Assembly (NCBI GenBank): GCA_024704765.1
Contig: JAKMXF010000024.1
Span: 25,218 to 89,217, forward strand
Direction: 5' to 3'
Length of the DNA stretch: 64,000 nt
DNA from: Oopsacas minuta
Taxonomy: Eukaryota; Animalia; Porifera
A program made the translations under genes and the position numbers. Of the stretch, positions 62,283 to 64,000 are shown one piece after another. The notes beneath the pieces were generated by a model. That model saw only the letters and a list, made by a program, of their open reading frames with translations. It made no database searches and was not told the origin of the DNA. Every line of letters starts with the position of its first letter. Positions within the stretch are counted from its first letter, which is position 1.

Positions 62283-62966
62283 TAAAAGGCTCCCAATCCA
62301 AAGTCCGTGATAGTAAATTATTCGCTCCTTCCAAAAGCACATCAATGTCCCACCTATCCATGAGTCCATTCCAATGACCACACCTGTTGCTAGGCAGAGT
62401 TCAGTACATCCAAAAAATGTTTTGGAAACTCCCAAAATACCAACTAGTGGAGTGAAACCTCGGATTTTTCGCGAGAAAGACTTTATTCATACATCAGCAA
62501 AACTAGTCCATTCTTTCCTTACTGAAAAAGGTTATCCCAAGCCGATTATACTGAAATCTCTGCTGAATCCTGAATCATATGAGGTCCTGAATATATTTTC
62601 ATATCTCCTTTCTTTCCTGGATTCTCAACTCGCTAGTGAAATCCGTGTGAAAGAAGATATACCAAATGTACTAGCATTTATTGGCTACCCGTACACTATT
62701 AAGAAATCTACAATCTCGGCTTTGAACACTCCCCATAACTGGCCGAGTATTCTAGCATCGATCAGGTTCATAGTTGAGCGATTAGAAGAGGTTCTGCCAC
62801 ATGATTTGGGAATCGATATTCTCTTCCCTCCAGCTTCATTCTCAGAGGATGCAGGTTCTAACAAACAATTCAAAGAGAATGTGATTCGTAATAGTAAGAT
62901 GTTTCTGCCTAGGGATGATCCAGAAATGCTTGAGTCATTTCGGAAAGAAACTGATAAACATTATAG
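62283..62966 (+). pseudogene. NDC80: Partial duplicate of NDC80 (about 46424-47108), 5'-truncated, with a 1-bp deletion, ending at a sequencing adapter
   Basis: Near-identical DNA with scattered substitutions. GAGTTCTATT becomes GAGTCCATT. Confidence 0.8.
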
Positions 62967-62985
62967 CTGTCTCTTATACACATCT
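62967..62985 (+). other. Nextera/Tn5 mosaic-end adapter (library artefact)
   Basis: Exact 19-mer CTGTCTCTTATACACATCT at the point where NDC80 homology stops. Confidence 0.95.
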
Positions 62986-63270
62986 TTTAGTTCTTTTAAT
63001 TCAAATTAACTGTAATTAATGCGAACCTTGTAATTGCTTATTAGATGCTAATATTTCAATATCTGGAATATAACTTGATGCTGATATCCTTAAATCTTCT
63101 CTGAAGTCAAGTTGCCTGCGGTGTTTTGACCTAAGAAAATTTGCTGAAGAAAACGTTTTCTCACGAAAATATGTTATTGGAAATGGAAGCAAAAGCAATC
63201 TTTCAGCTTTTTTGAAAAGATTTGGTGCTACCCCCTTCACTAAAAACCAGAATTTAGTTTTGTTAGCACA

Positions 63271-63575
63271 AGAATATTCGATTGTAATGGTCAGATTATG
63301 TTTAAATTTGGAGATGAGGAAGGAGAAGGAAAGATGTATCGTCCAAATGGGTTAGCTTAAACCACATTTTTTCTATATTACAATTCTAACAATATTCTTA
63401 TTACCCATCATTCTAATTTCTCTTCTTCTAACTCTATTTCTATTTTCAACTCTCAATTTGATTTGATACACAAGAGATATCTATAGCTTATCCTAACGGT
63501 ATTACAGTAGATAACAGAGGAAGTATTATTGTAGTTTGTAGAGGATGTGAACACCCTCGTCTCAATATCTTTTGA
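63271..63575 (+). pseudogene. Decayed NHL-repeat gene fragment
   Basis: RIFDCNGQIMFKFGDEEGEGKMYRPNGLA* and YPNGITVDNRGSIIVVCRGCEHPRLNIF* resemble the NHL blades of 52269-53495, with stops and frameshifts. Confidence 0.5.
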
Positions 63576-64000
63576 TAATTTTTTTATTTTACAGTATACT
63601 TACACTCGTTTATGTTACCTTTTAAGAATAACTCATATGTTACATTCAAATAAATTATATTTTTCCCATATTATATATTATTCCTTGCTTATAGAGGATG
63701 CCTTTATGTTATAACGACGCCATAAGCCCGCACTCCCCTTCTATTTCTAGTTTTGCGATTAACTTCAAATTGCTAATCTAAAACCGTGATACGATACTCC
63801 CATAATTCAGATATCAGTAATTCCTCTCCTTTGGCGTTTTCCCAATAATGAAGTGTGATGAGGGCGCTCCTCATTAAAGTTAAGCTATTTCTTATAAAAC
63901 TTGGTGCAAAGTTGACTCCCGCGCTCGTACTATGTATACAGAGGTTGCCATCAATTTAACTCAAGTTTGACTGTTCTAATGTACTATATTCGTAATATTC

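Noticed and set aside
62066-62283. hAT-like left end (CAGGGGTTCCCAACC) upstream of the NDC80 fragment, suggesting gene capture
   Set aside because: No matching right end or TSD is visible, and the downstream junction is artefactual.
62967-62985. Genuine Tn5/IS50 end or bacterial horizontal transfer
   Set aside because: It is the engineered hyperactive mosaic end used in libraries, with no transposase or second end nearby.
62374-63009. Second functional NDC80 gene (211-aa ORF)
   Set aside because: It is 5'-truncated with a frameshift upstream and lacks the coiled coil. Its last codons (CLLYTS) are adapter sequence.

Overview
AT-rich eukaryotic genomic DNA with GT-AG introns and an animal-type gene set. 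Mostly intronless genes, an NHL-repeat gene and orphan receptors suggest a sponge, possibly a glass sponge (inference). Host genes, left to right: TTC16 (5'-partial), ADAP1-like, FANCM (11 exons, with a same-strand receptor tyrosine kinase gene inside one intron), POLR1A (5 exons, antisense LRR-EGF receptor gene nested), DHX9 (antisense C20orf85/CIMIP1-like gene and a mariner relic nested), HAX1, a STIM with a duplicated EF-SAM sensor, an AVEN-like ORF, a RING ligase, NDC80, SNRNP35, SPATA17, an NHL protein and a divergent histone H4 variant. Introns carry many hAT-type and pogo/Tigger-type MITEs. The standout is an apparently intact minus-strand Penelope-like retroelement at 54231-59363. It has a separate Gag-like ORF1, an RT plus GIY-YIG ORF2 in the -1 frame behind a slippery site and H-type pseudoknot, a canonical hammerhead ribozyme in each of three 445-bp pseudo-LTRs, and (AAT)n arrays starting exactly where ORF2 carries an internal (AAT)5. 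The right end has assembly warning signs: a lone N at 59365 and a perfect Nextera/Tn5 adapter at 62967-62985.
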